Both the position numbers and the translations under genes were made by a program. The notes under the pieces were generated by a model that saw only the letters and a list, made by a program, of their open reading frames with translations, did not search any database and was not told the origin of the DNA. A stretch of DNA of 64,000 nucleotides from Eledone cirrhosa. Its lineage: Eukaryota. Positions within the stretch are counted from its first letter, which is position 1; the number at the start of each line of letters is the position of its first letter. Shown here piece after piece: positions 25,673-41,275 of the stretch. Location of the stretch: assembly GCA_964016885.1 (NCBI GenBank), contig OZ024743.1, positions 46,624,001-46,688,000 on the forward strand. The letters run 5' to 3'.

Positions 25673-26417
25673 AGAAATAAGAGGGATCAGATGTTGTTTA
25701 CTCGAGAGAAGGCTACGTTGGTATCGTCACGTGATGCGCATGAAGGACGATAGCTGTATAACAAAGTGCAGGGCAATAAAGATAGACGGTAGCCACGGAA
25801 TAGGCAGACCCAGAAAAACCTGGGACGATCTGATAAATTCCGACCTCACACACTTACACCTCACCAAGACAATGTCACTGGACCGAGACCTTTGGCGGTA
25901 CTCAGTAATAGAGAAGACCCGCCTTACCTAAATACAAAGTAAAACCTACTACAGTCAGTAGGCATCTCTAACAAAATACACCCCCGTCCCACCACCCCGC
26001 CCCTTTCAATGTAAAGTTATGTTGGTGCCACAACATCCAGGCCGAAACAAATGAGATCGTGTAGTGTCACGTCAAAAAAACACACATTTCACGCTGTAAT
26101 GTGGCCGTGTAGGCAACACGGTAAAAACCTCCCAGCCCCACACTGTAAATGTGTTTGGTGTTAGGAAGGGCATCCACCTGTAGAAAACCCGCCAGACAGT
26201 CCACGCTGTAATGTGGCCGTGTAGGCAACACGGTAAAAACCTCCCAGCCCCACACTGTAAATGTGGTTGGTGTTAGGAAGGGCATCCAGCTGTAGAAAAC
26301 CCGCCAGATAGTCCTATGCGAGCAAGATAATCACTCTTGCCTCAAGTGGGAAAACCCACGTCCAAACCCATGCAAGCGTGGAACACGGATGTTAAACATT
26401 GATGATGATGATGATGA
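25673..26417 (+). mobile_element. RTE subfamily A 3' fragment with a 112-bp tandem duplication in the 3' UTR
   Basis: Encodes ...MRMKDDSCITKCRAIKIDG...EKTRLT; 26090-26201 is repeated at 26202-26313; (GAT)n tail. Confidence 0.9.
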
Positions 26418-26432
26418 TATATATATAATATA

Positions 26433-29400
26433 TCATCATCATCATTTTACGTCCGCTTTTCCCTGCTTGCAAGGGTGGGACGGGTCTTATTCAGCACAGC
26501 ATCTCTCCACTTGTCACGGTCCCTCGTCATCTCCACCGTGAGCTTCAATGATCTGAGGTCTGTTCTCACCACCTCCGCCCATGTTTTTCGTGGTCTACCT
26601 CTACCACGTCTTCCTTCAACTGGCATTTCCTGGCACTTCTTCACCCATCGGTCATCCTCCATGCGCATCACATGTCCATACCACCTCAGTCTCCTCTCCC
26701 GTACACTACATTCTATCCCTCTCAGACACAGTTTCTCTCTCAACACATTTATGCTGGGTCGTTCACGCACATTTACACTGCACATCCAACGGAGCATGCT
26801 TGCCTCATTTCTCTACAGCCGTCGCATATCCTCTGCGGTTGCTGCCCATGTCTCACTACCATGCAGCATCGCGCTCCTCACACAGGCATCATACAACCGG
26901 CCTTTCGTACGCAGGGAGAAACCCTTCTTCGTCAACAGAGGAAGCAGCTCCCTAAACTTCTTCCAACTCGTCCTTATTCTAGATACTATGGCCTCGGAAC
27001 ACCCTCCTCCCATGCTAATCTGATCTCCTAGGTACCGGAAGCTATCCACTACTTCTATAGCGCCCTCTCGCGTTTGAAAAATGTGTCTATCAGTGCGACT
27101 TCTACTGTCTAATTTCCCTGTACATCTACTGCATACATATTTCTCCCTACCTGTTAGTTTGCCTGCTATCCCGCAACATCTCTTGTGTACCCAGGACCTG
27201 CATTGTGTGCATTTTATAGAATTTATGCCAGTTCCTTTTCTGCATATCGAACATGGCCATTTCCCCGACGGAATCAGGGTTTTGTCCTCTTTTCTACTCA
27301 TCAACACTTTTGTCTTAGCTAGATTTACTCTCAGTCCTCTTGCTTCCAACTGCTGTTTCCATAGCCGGAATTTATTCTCTAGCTCCTCTATTGAACTCCA
27401 CTGTTATAGCCTGGAGGGCAATAATAAATAGTAGGGGGCTAAGAACAGAGCCCTGATGAACACCAACTTTTACACTAAACTCTTCACTATATTCGTTGTT
27501 AATTCTAACCTTGCTGACTGTTTCTTTATACATGGCTTGTATAGCTCTCACAAGCCATTCGTCAACACCTAGTTTTCTAAGAGCCCACCAGATAATGGAA
27601 CGGGGGACTCTGTCGAAGGCCTTCTCCAAGTCGACGAAAGCTAAGTATAGGGGTTTACTTTTAGCTAGGTACTTCTCCTGTAGTTGTCGTACAATGAAAA
27701 GAGCGTCTGTGGTACTTTTTCCTGACACAAACCCGAACTGCATTTCATCTAGATCAATTCGCTCTCTGATTAGTTGCGCTATTACTTTTTCCGTGACCTT
27801 CATGACCTGGTCGATTAATTTAATGCCTCTATAGTTACTCCTATCTAGGGCATCTCCTTTACCCTTATAACAGTTAAGATAATGCTGCTACGCCAGTCCT
27901 TCGGAACAACCCCATTCTGTATGACTTGGTTGACTATCCGGGTGACCATGGTGTGTCCCACCGTACCAGATGCCTTCAGCATCTCGGCAACTATTTCCGA
28001 AGGCCCAGCCGCCTTGCCTGTCTTCATATCTTTGATTGCCTTACTTATTATACTACCCTCGACTAACACTGCTGGTCCCTCTATTGGGTCGATGTGGGGG
28101 AGACTGTCTTTCTCCCATTTATTCTCCTCATTTAGTAGCCTTTCATAGTGACACTTCCAAGCTACCTTCTTATCGGCGTCGGTGATGGCAAGTACGCCGT
28201 CATCGTTAAGTACACACTTCTCCCCGACAAAATCACTGTTTTCCTTGACACATTGCCTAGCAATCCTGAACACCTCACGTTTTTGGTCCTCACGTTGTAG
28301 AACATGCTTGAACTTTCTTTCCTCTGCTTCCCTTCTTGCGAAGTACACTTGTCTCCTAGCTTCCCTCCTGGCCACTTGATAGTCTTCTCTGCTTCCCCCA
28401 TCCCGCCATACTTTCCAAGCCTGCTTTTTGGCCTTAATTGACCCCTCCACCTTACTGTTCCACCACCATGTTACTCTCCTCCTGCCTACAGGCCTGCTCC
28501 AGCCACAGACTTCGTCTGCCGCCGTCAGCAGGTTTGCTTTCAGGAATTCCCACTGTTCCTCTACCTTGTACGTCTCTAATTGCTCTTCCTCACTGTCGAA
28601 AGCATCAAGTAATATGCTTTGGAATTTATTTTTGGCTGTGGGGTCCTTTAGCTTCCATATTTTTCTCCTGAGGATAGTCCTCTTCTGTTGTCTAGTACGT
28701 CTCGTCCTGACTATTAGGTCGCTAATTATCAGTCTATGTTGGAAGTGCATTCTTCATGGGGGAGGGATTTAGTGTTTACGACAGTCACTTTGTCACGTCT
28801 TCTGGTAAGGATATAATCTACCTGGCTAGTATGTTCCCCTGATCTGTAGGTGATCAAGTGATTGTCTCGTTTTTTGAAGTTAGTGTTGCAGATAGTTAGG
28901 TTATTTTGCGTCACAGAATTCCAGGATTCTGAAAACTTCCTCATTTCTAGTACCAAACCCATAGCCTCCATGGATTTCGTCGTAGCCGTCACAATGTTGT
29001 CCAACGTGACCGTTTAGGTCGCCTGCAATAATTATATAGTCACTGTCGGTTATTTGGGAGGTAGTGAGCATCAGTGTCTCATAGAATCTGTCTTTTATAG
29101 TGCTGGGCAGTCCGGATTGGGGTGCGTACGCGGATATTACTGTCACCGTAGTTCTATTGAGGACAAGTCTTATTTTAATTATTCTGTCGTTCACTTCTAT
29201 TTACGTCTATTATCTTATCCGCCCACTTTTCTGCTACCATGATTCCTACTCCACCCAGCCCATTGTCGTTTCCCACCCAGAAAAGCTTATAGCATCGTTT
29301 CTACCCACAATGTATCTAGCAGATCCACCCCTCCACCTGGTCTCTTGAATACAACAAACATCAACCTCCTTACGTTCAAGCATTTCTACAACCTCGTTAG

Positions 29401-30081
29401 AGCGACCCTTTAAGGTGCCTACATTCAAGGTACCAAATCTGAAGTTTTGGATTGCGTTTGGGGGGTTGGAAACGTGGGGAGCAGCGGGAGATGGGATTAT
29501 GTTAGCCATCCGCGGCCGAAACAAAGAGGCATGCTCGCATTCTCGTCCACGAGGTGTGATTGTCTTTAACTTTGGCATTGTCGCTGAGCGTCCAGATTTT
29601 TCTCTCTTCAACTCTCCGGAACTCCGTAGTCCTTCCATCCTACATATCGAAGGCGACCAGGTAAGCGATAGTATAGGCCTCTGGCTTATGATTGGTCCAC
29701 GTAATAATAATGGTGGTGTGTGGGGCGGGAAGGAGGGGTGTTGAGTTGTTAGCGAGAAGGATAGGTTTAAGTGAGAACCCCGTATTAACGAACAAAAAAT
29801 ACAAGATTTGTTTAGTAAAATACGCCAAAAACTTCCGTATTTTTACAAGCATGACAGAAATACAAGAGATTTGTTTTGGAAAATACATGGGGAATGGAAA
29901 GAGGATAGAAAAAATGCTATTGGAAGGACTAAAAATGCTGTTGGAAGGACTATGGAGTTAGGCGTATGTTAGAAGAGGTAGAAAAATGAGTAGATTACAT
30001 TATAACCATGAATGAATGAAGTTCAGCCACAAGTTTGGCGAAAGTGAATTACTTCGTCTCATATATGTATATGGGTTGGGT

Positions 30082-30113
<32 letters not shown>

Positions 30114-30288
30114 GGTGGTGGTGATTTGACCGCATGTTGTAGGGGGAGAAGATATTAAGGAGCAGGAATTAAGAGTTTGAAATAATAACATATATTTAAA
30201 ATATTGTTAACAGTTTGAAGTAACAAATATATTTTAAATATCTGTATATGAGAAGAGTAGGTTTTAGCGAGAAGGATAGGTTTAAGAT
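26433..30288 (-). mobile_element. Chimeric near full-length RTE LINE: subfamily A 5' UTR, APE endonuclease and RT N-part joined to subfamily B RT C-part and 3' end
   Basis: APE motifs GTLNVGTL, CIQET, SAYAPQ and AGDLNGH; 27400-28830 is closely similar to the copy at 20345-23166, but 26433-27395 is a different subfamily; several frameshifts. Confidence 0.9.
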
Positions 30289-32412
<2,124 letters not shown>

Positions 32413-32415
<3 letters not shown>

Positions 32416-32923
32416 GACGAGCTGATAAACTCCGACATCACACACTTACACCTCTCCAAGACAATGTCACTGGACCGAGACCTTTGGCGGTACTCAGTAA
32501 CAGAGAAGACCCGCCTTACCTAAATATATAGTAAAACCTACTCCAGCCAGTAGGCATCTCTAACAAAATAAACCCCGTCCCACCACCACCACCCCCACCC
32601 CATCCACACCACCCCGTTCTATGTAAAGTTATGTTGGTGCCGCGCCATCGAGGCCGAAACAAATGAGATCGTGTAGGTGTCACGACAAAAAAACACAGTC
32701 CACGCTGTAATGTGGCCGTGTAGGCAACACGGTAAAAACCTCCCAGCCCCACACTGTAAATGTGGTTGGTGTTAGGAAGGGCATCCAACTGTAGAAAACC
32801 TGCCAGACAGTCCTATGCGAGCAAGACAATCACTCTTGCCTCAAGTGGGACTACCCCCGTCCAAACCCATGCAAGCGTGGAACACGGACGTTAAACGTTG
32901 ATGATGATGATGATGATGATGAT
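32413..32923 (+). mobile_element. RTE subfamily A 3' fragment with (TGA)n tail
   Basis: Encodes WDELINSDITHLHLSKTMSLDRDLWRY; 3' UTR as in 25673-26417; flanked by (TA)n. Confidence 0.9.
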
Positions 32924-32975
32924 AATATATATATAATATATATATATATAATATATATATAATATATATATATAT

Positions 32976-33075
<100 letters not shown>

Positions 33076-33420
33076 TAATATATATATATAAATATATATA
33101 ATATATATATATAAATATATATAATATATATATATAAATATAATATATATACAATATATATATATAATATATATATATAAATATAATATATATATATAAT
33201 ATAAACGATCGTTAAATAATGAACTTTTTTTGTTTAATATAAGGAACTGTTTCATTGTTTTATTCATTATTTTTTTAATATTTTATCTTGACTCTGTATT
33301 CCGCTTATCTTTCACCGAAAGTGATTTTTCATTGCATCTCTTCTTTCCATGATATCCGGATTACATTGAGTTCTTCATACGGATTGGACACTACCGTAAA
33401 CTCTTGGTAGATTTATCTAC

Positions 33421-33432
33421 ATATATATGTAT

Positions 33433-33503
<71 letters not shown>

Positions 33504-33515
33504 ATATATATATAT

Positions 33516-33546
<31 letters not shown>

Positions 33547-33701
33547 ATATATATATAATATATATATATAATATATATATAATATATATATATAAATATA
33601 ATATATATATAATATATATATATATGTCTATATATATAATATATATATATATATAATATATATAATATATGTATATATAATATATGTATATATAATATAT
33701 G

Positions 33702-33732
<31 letters not shown>

Positions 33733-33926
33733 TATATAATATATGTATATATATATAATATTTATATATATATAATATATATATATATAATATATATATA
33801 TAATATATGTATATATAATATATGTATATATATATATAATATATATATATAATATATATATATATATAATATATAATATATATATATATATATATAATAT
33901 ATATATATAATATATATATATATATA

Positions 33927-33965
<39 letters not shown>

Positions 33966-34007
33966 TATATATATATAATATATATATATAATATATATAT
34001 ATATATA

Positions 34008-34046
<39 letters not shown>

Positions 34047-34173
34047 TATATGTATATATATAATATATATATGTATATATATATATAATATATATATATA
34101 TATAATATATAATATATATAATATATAATATATATATATATATATATAATATATATATATATATATAATATAT

Positions 34174-34264
<91 letters not shown>

Positions 34265-34282
34265 ATATATATATATATATAA
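33421..34282. repeat. Interrupted (TA)n array
   Basis: Direct observation. Confidence 0.95.
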
Positions 34283-34299
34283 TCATTTTCATCATTTTT

Positions 34300-35091
<792 letters not shown>

Positions 35092-38000
35092 CCTTCGAAA
35101 AAATTTTCGAAGGTATTTAGCCCTTATGACGCTATTATTATTAATATTATTGTTGCTGTATTATATCAGCTATTCTGCCATGCGGCATTCTATAGGTTAG
35201 TTTGTTAGCCTTGACGGCGAACCCCCTCTCTATCTCTCTCTCTCTCTATGATGGCTACCCTCTCTCTATCTATCTCTAAGCCACCCATTACCTCCCGTTC
35301 CCCTTTCGCCCATTCCACCTCACTCATCTTGAAGCTATTGAAGAGATAAGACACTCTATTCTATCAGCTAAAATGAATCACTAGAGTTGATTTGGCTTCG
35401 TTCCAGCCATCCATCCATACAAATTTTTCGAAGGTATTTAGCCCTTATGACGCTATTATTATTAATATTATTGTTGCTGTATTATATCGGCTATTCTATC
35501 GGTTAGTTTGTTAGCCTTGACTGCGACCCTCAGTGCCTACCTCACAATTTCCCTCCCACCCACCTCCTCACACCACCATAGCCTATTCGACCAATCAAAC
35601 CTCTGCATGCCATTTCTTCTACTACTACTACTACCTAACTAACTCTCTCCTCCACTGTCTCAGCCCAACACACCCTGCCATTATCCCACCACCACTGTTC
35701 TTCTAGCCCTCAATTTTCCTACCGTTATGGATGGATGAGCTGAGAATACATTTGAGCAACTCTGAATCAATAGATGAAATATGAATCTGCGAGCTACCAA
35801 GCACCCATGTGAAGCGCCAATCCAGAGACCCTTCCCTACGAGTGTCGACAAATTCCCAAAACTCCGAGTTGGTACCATCAATGTAGGCTCAATGAAAGGA
35901 AGAGCAGGAGAAATCGTAGAAATGCTAGAGCGAAAGGAAATTGATGTATGCTGTGTGCAAGGGACTAGATGGAGAGGAGAGTCTGCCAGAGTCCTTGTAG
36001 GAAAAAGTCGGTGCTACAAATTTTTCTGGGTGGGAAATGACGATGGGATGGGTGGTGTAGGTATACTACTAGCTGACAAGTGGGTAGATAATGTAATCTC
36101 AGTGTACAGGGTAAATGCAAGAATCATTAAACTCAGACTAGTCCTGAATAAAACAATTACCACAATAATATCAGCTTACGCACCCCAATCGGGGCTGCCA
36201 GACGAACTTAAGGATAGGTTTTACGAGTCCCTAATGCACACTACTGCTCTAACAGACGACAATGACTTCCTAATCATCGCAGGAGATTTTAACGGACACG
36301 TAGGTAACACTGCAACGGCTTCAATAGAGTACATGGAGGCCATGGGGTTGGCACAAGAAATGAGGAAGGATTCAGACTTCTAGAATTCTGCGACGCCAAT
36401 GACATGTCGATATGTAACACAAACTTTAAAAAACCCGACAACCACCTGATCACCTATAGATCAGGGGAGCACTCCAGTCAGATAGATTTTATCCTCATCG
36501 GAGGACGTGACAGATGGACGGTCATAAACACAAAAGCCTTCCCTAGTGAGGAATGTACATCCCAACATAGCTTAGTTGTCAGCGACCTCACGGTCAGAAC
36601 TAGACGAACCCGGAAACAGAGGCCAACCTGGAGAAGAAAGATCTGGAAGCTGAAAGTCCCCTCAACCAGTAACAGATTTAAAGATATTTTACTCAACGCC
36701 TACGACAGTAAAGAAGAACAGATAGAGACATTCAATGTAGAAGAGAACTGGGAGTTCCTAAAAAATAATTTACTAGAGGCGACGGATGAGGTCTGCGGCT
36801 GGAGTAAGACCACAAGCAGGAGGAGAGTGACTTGGTGGTGGAACAATAAGGTAGATGAAGCAGTTAAGGCCAAGAGACAGGCATGGAAAGAATGGAAGAA
36901 CGGGGGGAGCAGGGTACATTACATAGAAACCAAGAGGGAAGCTAGGCGACAAGTATACTTAGCTAGGAGGGAAGCAGAGGATAGAAAATTCAAGCATGTT
37001 TTGCAACGTGAGGACCAGAAACAGGAGGTGTTCAAGATTGCGAGGCAGTGTGTCAGAGATATTTGTGATGTCATTGGAGAGAAGTGTATCCATAATGATA
37101 AAGGTGAGCTTGCCCTCACAAGTGCTGAGAAGAAAGATGCATGGAAGAGTCATTATGATAGATTACTAAATGAGGAGAATGCATGGGAAGAAGAGACCCT
37201 ACCCCAAGTAGACCCTATAGAGGGGCCAGCAGTACAAGTCAGCAGCAACGTAGTAAGTAAGGCTATCAAAGATATGAAGATGGGGAAGGCAACCGGTCCA
37301 TCGGGTATAGCTGCCGAGATGCTGAAGGCATCTGGATCTGTAGGTCACACTATAACCACACGTATTGTTAACCAGGTAATACTAGAAGGTGTCATACCAA
37401 AAGATTGGTGCAGTAGCATCATTGTCAACTGCTACAAAGGTAAAGGTGATGCACTAGATAGAGGAAACTATAGAGGTATAAAGTTGATGGACCAGGTCAT
37501 GAAAGTAACAGAAAGAGTTATAGCACAGTTGATTAGGGACCGGGTGAAAATAGACGAGATGCAATTTGGGTTTGTACCAGGAAGAGGCACCACTGATGCC
37601 CTCTTCCTTGTGAGGCAGTTACAGGAAAAGTACCTAGCTAAAATTAAGCCACTCTACTTGGCATTTGTCGACCTTGAGAAAGCCTTTGACAGAGTTCCAC
37701 GTGCTGTAATCTGGTGGGCTCTTAGAAAACTACGTGTAGATGAATGGCTTGTGAAAGCGGTACAAGCCATGTATAGTGGAGCAGTCAGCAAAGTTAGGAT
37801 TACCAATGACTATAGCGAGGAATTTAGCGCACAGGTTGGGGTCCACAAGGGCTCTGTTCTTAGCCCCCTCCTGTTCATCATAGTCCTGCAGGCAATAACG
37901 GAGAAGTTTAAGACCGGATGCCCATGGGAATTCCTGTATGCTGATGACCTCGCACTTATAGCTGAATCTATGGTAGAACTAGAGAATAAATTCCAAACTT

Positions 38001-39198
38001 GGAAGCAGGGACTAGAAAGAAAGGGTCTCAAAGTCAACATGACAAAGACTAAGGTCCTTGTAAGTAGACGAGAAAACAGAACCCAGATCCCCTCAGAGAA
38101 ATGGCCTTGCTCAGTATGTAGGAAAGGTGTAGGTAGGAACTCCATTCTCTGCCCCAAATGCAAACAATGGGTACACAAGAGATGTAGCGGGATCTCAGGA
38201 AGCTTAATTAAGAATGTAGGCTTCACATGCAGCAGCTGTGCTGGGACAGCAAGCAGCAAACAGCCATAGGAAACAAGTACCACCAATCTCTGGGAGGGCT
38301 CTGTAGAAACAGTAGACAGCTTCTGCTACCTAGGTAACCGAATTAGCAGCGGAGGTGGGTGTTCAGAAAGTAAAATAACTAGGGTAAGAACGGGATGGAA
38401 GAAGTTTAGGGAACTACTACTACTACTGCTAGCTGCAAAAGGCTTCTCCCTCAGAATGAAAGGCAGACTGTATGATGCGTGTATCCGAACAGCAATGTTG
38501 CATGGTAGTGAGACCTGGGCGCTGAAGGTGGAAGACTTACGTAGATTAGAGAGAAACAAAGCCTGCATGCTCCGATGGATGTGTAACAGTAATATACGTG
38601 AACGACAAAGCATAAATGAATTGAGAGAGAGACTGAGCATAAGAGGAATCAAATGCTGTGTGCAGGAGAGGCGGTTGCGCTGGTATGGACATGTGATGCG
38701 TATGAAGGATGACACCTGTATAAAAAGGTGCAGAGCACTAGAAGTCGATGGAAACCGCGGAGTGGGGAGACCCAAGATGACCTGGGATGAGGTGATAAAA
38801 GCCGACCTTACCCAATTACACCTCTCAAAGGCAATGACACACGACCGTGACCTTTGGCGTCACGCAGTAATACAGAGTACCCGACCTCCCATGGGTACAA
38901 GTTGAAGCATATAGACAATATGCCCCCACACCCCAACCGCAAGGTGGTCGTGGAGGTGCTACGGCAAAAAAGCACCCAGCCCACACTGTAAAGTGGACGT
39001 GTAGGCGCCATGAAAAAGCACCCAGCACTCACTGTAAATGAGGTTGGTGTTAGGAAGGGCATCCAGCTGTAGAAATCAAGCCAAAACAGTTCCTGTATGA
39101 GCAAGGCATGGTCAGCCGACCAGACACTGACCAGAACAGGACAACCCGTCTAACCCATGCTCGCATGGAAGAACGGACGTAAAATGGTGATGATGATA
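35092..39198 (+). mobile_element. Full-length but disabled RTE LINE, subfamily C (5' UTR, APE, RT with PHD insert, 3' UTR, (TGA)n tail)
   Basis: ORF pieces 35781-36383 (APE: GTINVG, SAYAPQ, AGDFNGH), 36404-38269 (RT, FLYADD, C4HC3) and 38456-38905; frameshift near 36310 and stop at 38267; (TA)n at both ends. Confidence 0.93.
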
Positions 39199-39729
39199 TA
39201 TACATATATGACACAGCATAAATGACATGCTGTGTGGATAGCCTTGTAGACTAACGGTTTTGTCAGTCCATATTCACTAACAATAATCAGCATACACACA
39301 TGAATGTATAACAATGTACAGAGAAGGGATGTCTGGATGGAGGAGACAGATATTCTAATGACAATAGTGATGATGATAATGAGATTACATGTGCACAAGG
39401 AGTGGAGTACGTAGTCAAAGTGGAATTAGTTTTTCAACTTCATTTGTATCACTGATCGGTCCATGATTTCTAATTTAGTACTGACTTGGTTGTAATGACC
39501 AATCCACCCCATGAAATGAAATTTGTTGCTCACACTTATGCAAGTTTAGCTGGCTGCCTACAAAATTGCATCCATAGGATGTCTCTTTGGTGTGTTAACG
39601 ATAGGTCCTGTCAAGAAAGGCAATGTGTAATGAAACATCTTGCTTAAGAACACAATGAGCCACTCAGTCCAGGAACCAAACTCATGACCTTATGATCATG
39701 AGTTCAACACTCTAATCACTAGGGAACAA

Positions 39730-40200
39730 CCCCTATATACTCGTATATAAGCCAAGAACTATGGGTGTGGTTAAAATGTGGAGTAGGGTCCACAACTTAT
39801 ATTCGAGGTCAATATTTTGCCAATTTTCACCAACTTCACAACCCTACATAAATGAGGTGCTGAAATATTTTCACTTTTGGAAGTGAATATTACACTAGTT
39901 TCACTTTCGGCATGTAATTCATATTTCCTATTGTTTTTTTATACATTTTGCATGAATATAACCTTCAAAGCATAATGGAGTTGTGAAAAAAATTAAACTC
40001 TTAACACTTAAAACTTTTTAAATGTATATATATATATGTATGTATATATATATTAAAACTTCATAAATATATTTTCCACTCATGAGAATTTCAAAACCAC
40101 ACCATCTAAACGTGTTGATCACCTGTCTCGGGTTTGGAGTTTTGACTATTTCTCTCAGACATAAAATAGGAGGTCAACTTATATTCAAGTATATATGGTA
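39730..40200. mobile_element. Non-autonomous Tc1/pogo-type MITE
   Basis: Imperfect TIRs cctatatactcgtatataag / cttatattcaagtatatatgg(ta); a smaller element with related ends is at ~57396-57522. Confidence 0.6.
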
Positions 40201-40384
40201 AGTACTGACTTGGCCTATAACAACCTGTCCAACCAGCCCATAACCAGCATGGAAAAAGAACTGATATAAAATGATAATGATGATTCCTCCCTAGCATATG
40301 CAAATTTACACCACACAAAAATTCTTTATATATATTCTTTATATATATACATATATATATATGTGTGGTGGTAGTTGTCATTGT

Positions 40385-40740
40385 TGTCATGCCGGTGACA
40401 CACAAAAAAAAGCCAATCCACCCTGAAAGGTGGTTGTGCTGGTGACAACAAAAAGTACCCAGTCTGCCCAGTAGGTGGTTGTGGTGGTGCCACAATGAAA
40501 AAACACTCAGCCCTCCCTATCAGGTGGCTGTTTCGATGCCACGATAAGAGGCACCCAGTCTGCACTGTAATGTGGTTGGCATTAGGAAGGGCATCCAGCT
40601 GCAGAAACCAACCCAGAAACAGTTCCATATGAGCAAGATGTGGTCACCTGACTTGACTTGACTCATAACATGACAGCATGTCTAACCTATGCAAACATAG
40701 AAAATAGATGTTAAACAGTTGTGGGGATGATGATGATGAT
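40385..40740 (+). mobile_element. RTE-type 3' UTR fragment with four ~45-bp modules and a (TGA)n tail
   Basis: Repeated aaaaagcacccag-like units followed by ctgtaatgtggttggcattaggaagggcatccagc. Confidence 0.7.
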
Positions 40741-40974
40741 ATATAGGTGCCGTAGTAATTAACATCCAAAAGTATGAGGTGACACCTATTGTGAAATAGG
40801 GGAGGTAGAGTAGATGCTGGCATTTGTGAGTACCACCTGCTGAAGTCACTGATCAGCTTAAAGGGATGGCAGCAGCAATGTAATGGAATAGTACAGTGAA
40901 TACAATTGTAAGAGCTGAAAGGCGGGAAAAGGAGAAAGGGAAGAATGGTGACACAAGAAATGATAACTATAAAT

Positions 40975-41275
40975 TAGCCAGGAAATAAGATGTTATGAAT
41001 AACTATCCAGAAAACAAGATACCAGAAATAGCTAGCCAAGAAGCAAGATACCAGAAATAGCTTGCCAGAAACAAGATACCAGAAATAGCTAGCTAGGATG
41101 CAAGATGTTAGGAACATCTAGCTAGGATACAAGATGTCAGGAATACTAGCTAGGATAAAGATATCTAACCATGAAACAAGATGTCAAGAAAACAAGATAT
41201 CAAGAATATCTAGCAATGTCAGAAATATCTAGCCAGGATACATAATGCTATGAATATCTATACAGGAAACAAGAA
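40975..41275. repeat. Degenerate ~29-bp minisatellite, about 10 units
   Basis: Unit approximates ctagccaggaaacaagataccagaaatat. Confidence 0.8.

Noticed and set aside
40385-41275. CRISPR-like repeat/spacer appearance of the UTR modules and the minisatellite
   Set aside because: Units are degenerate with no unique spacers, the context is eukaryotic and there are no cas genes.
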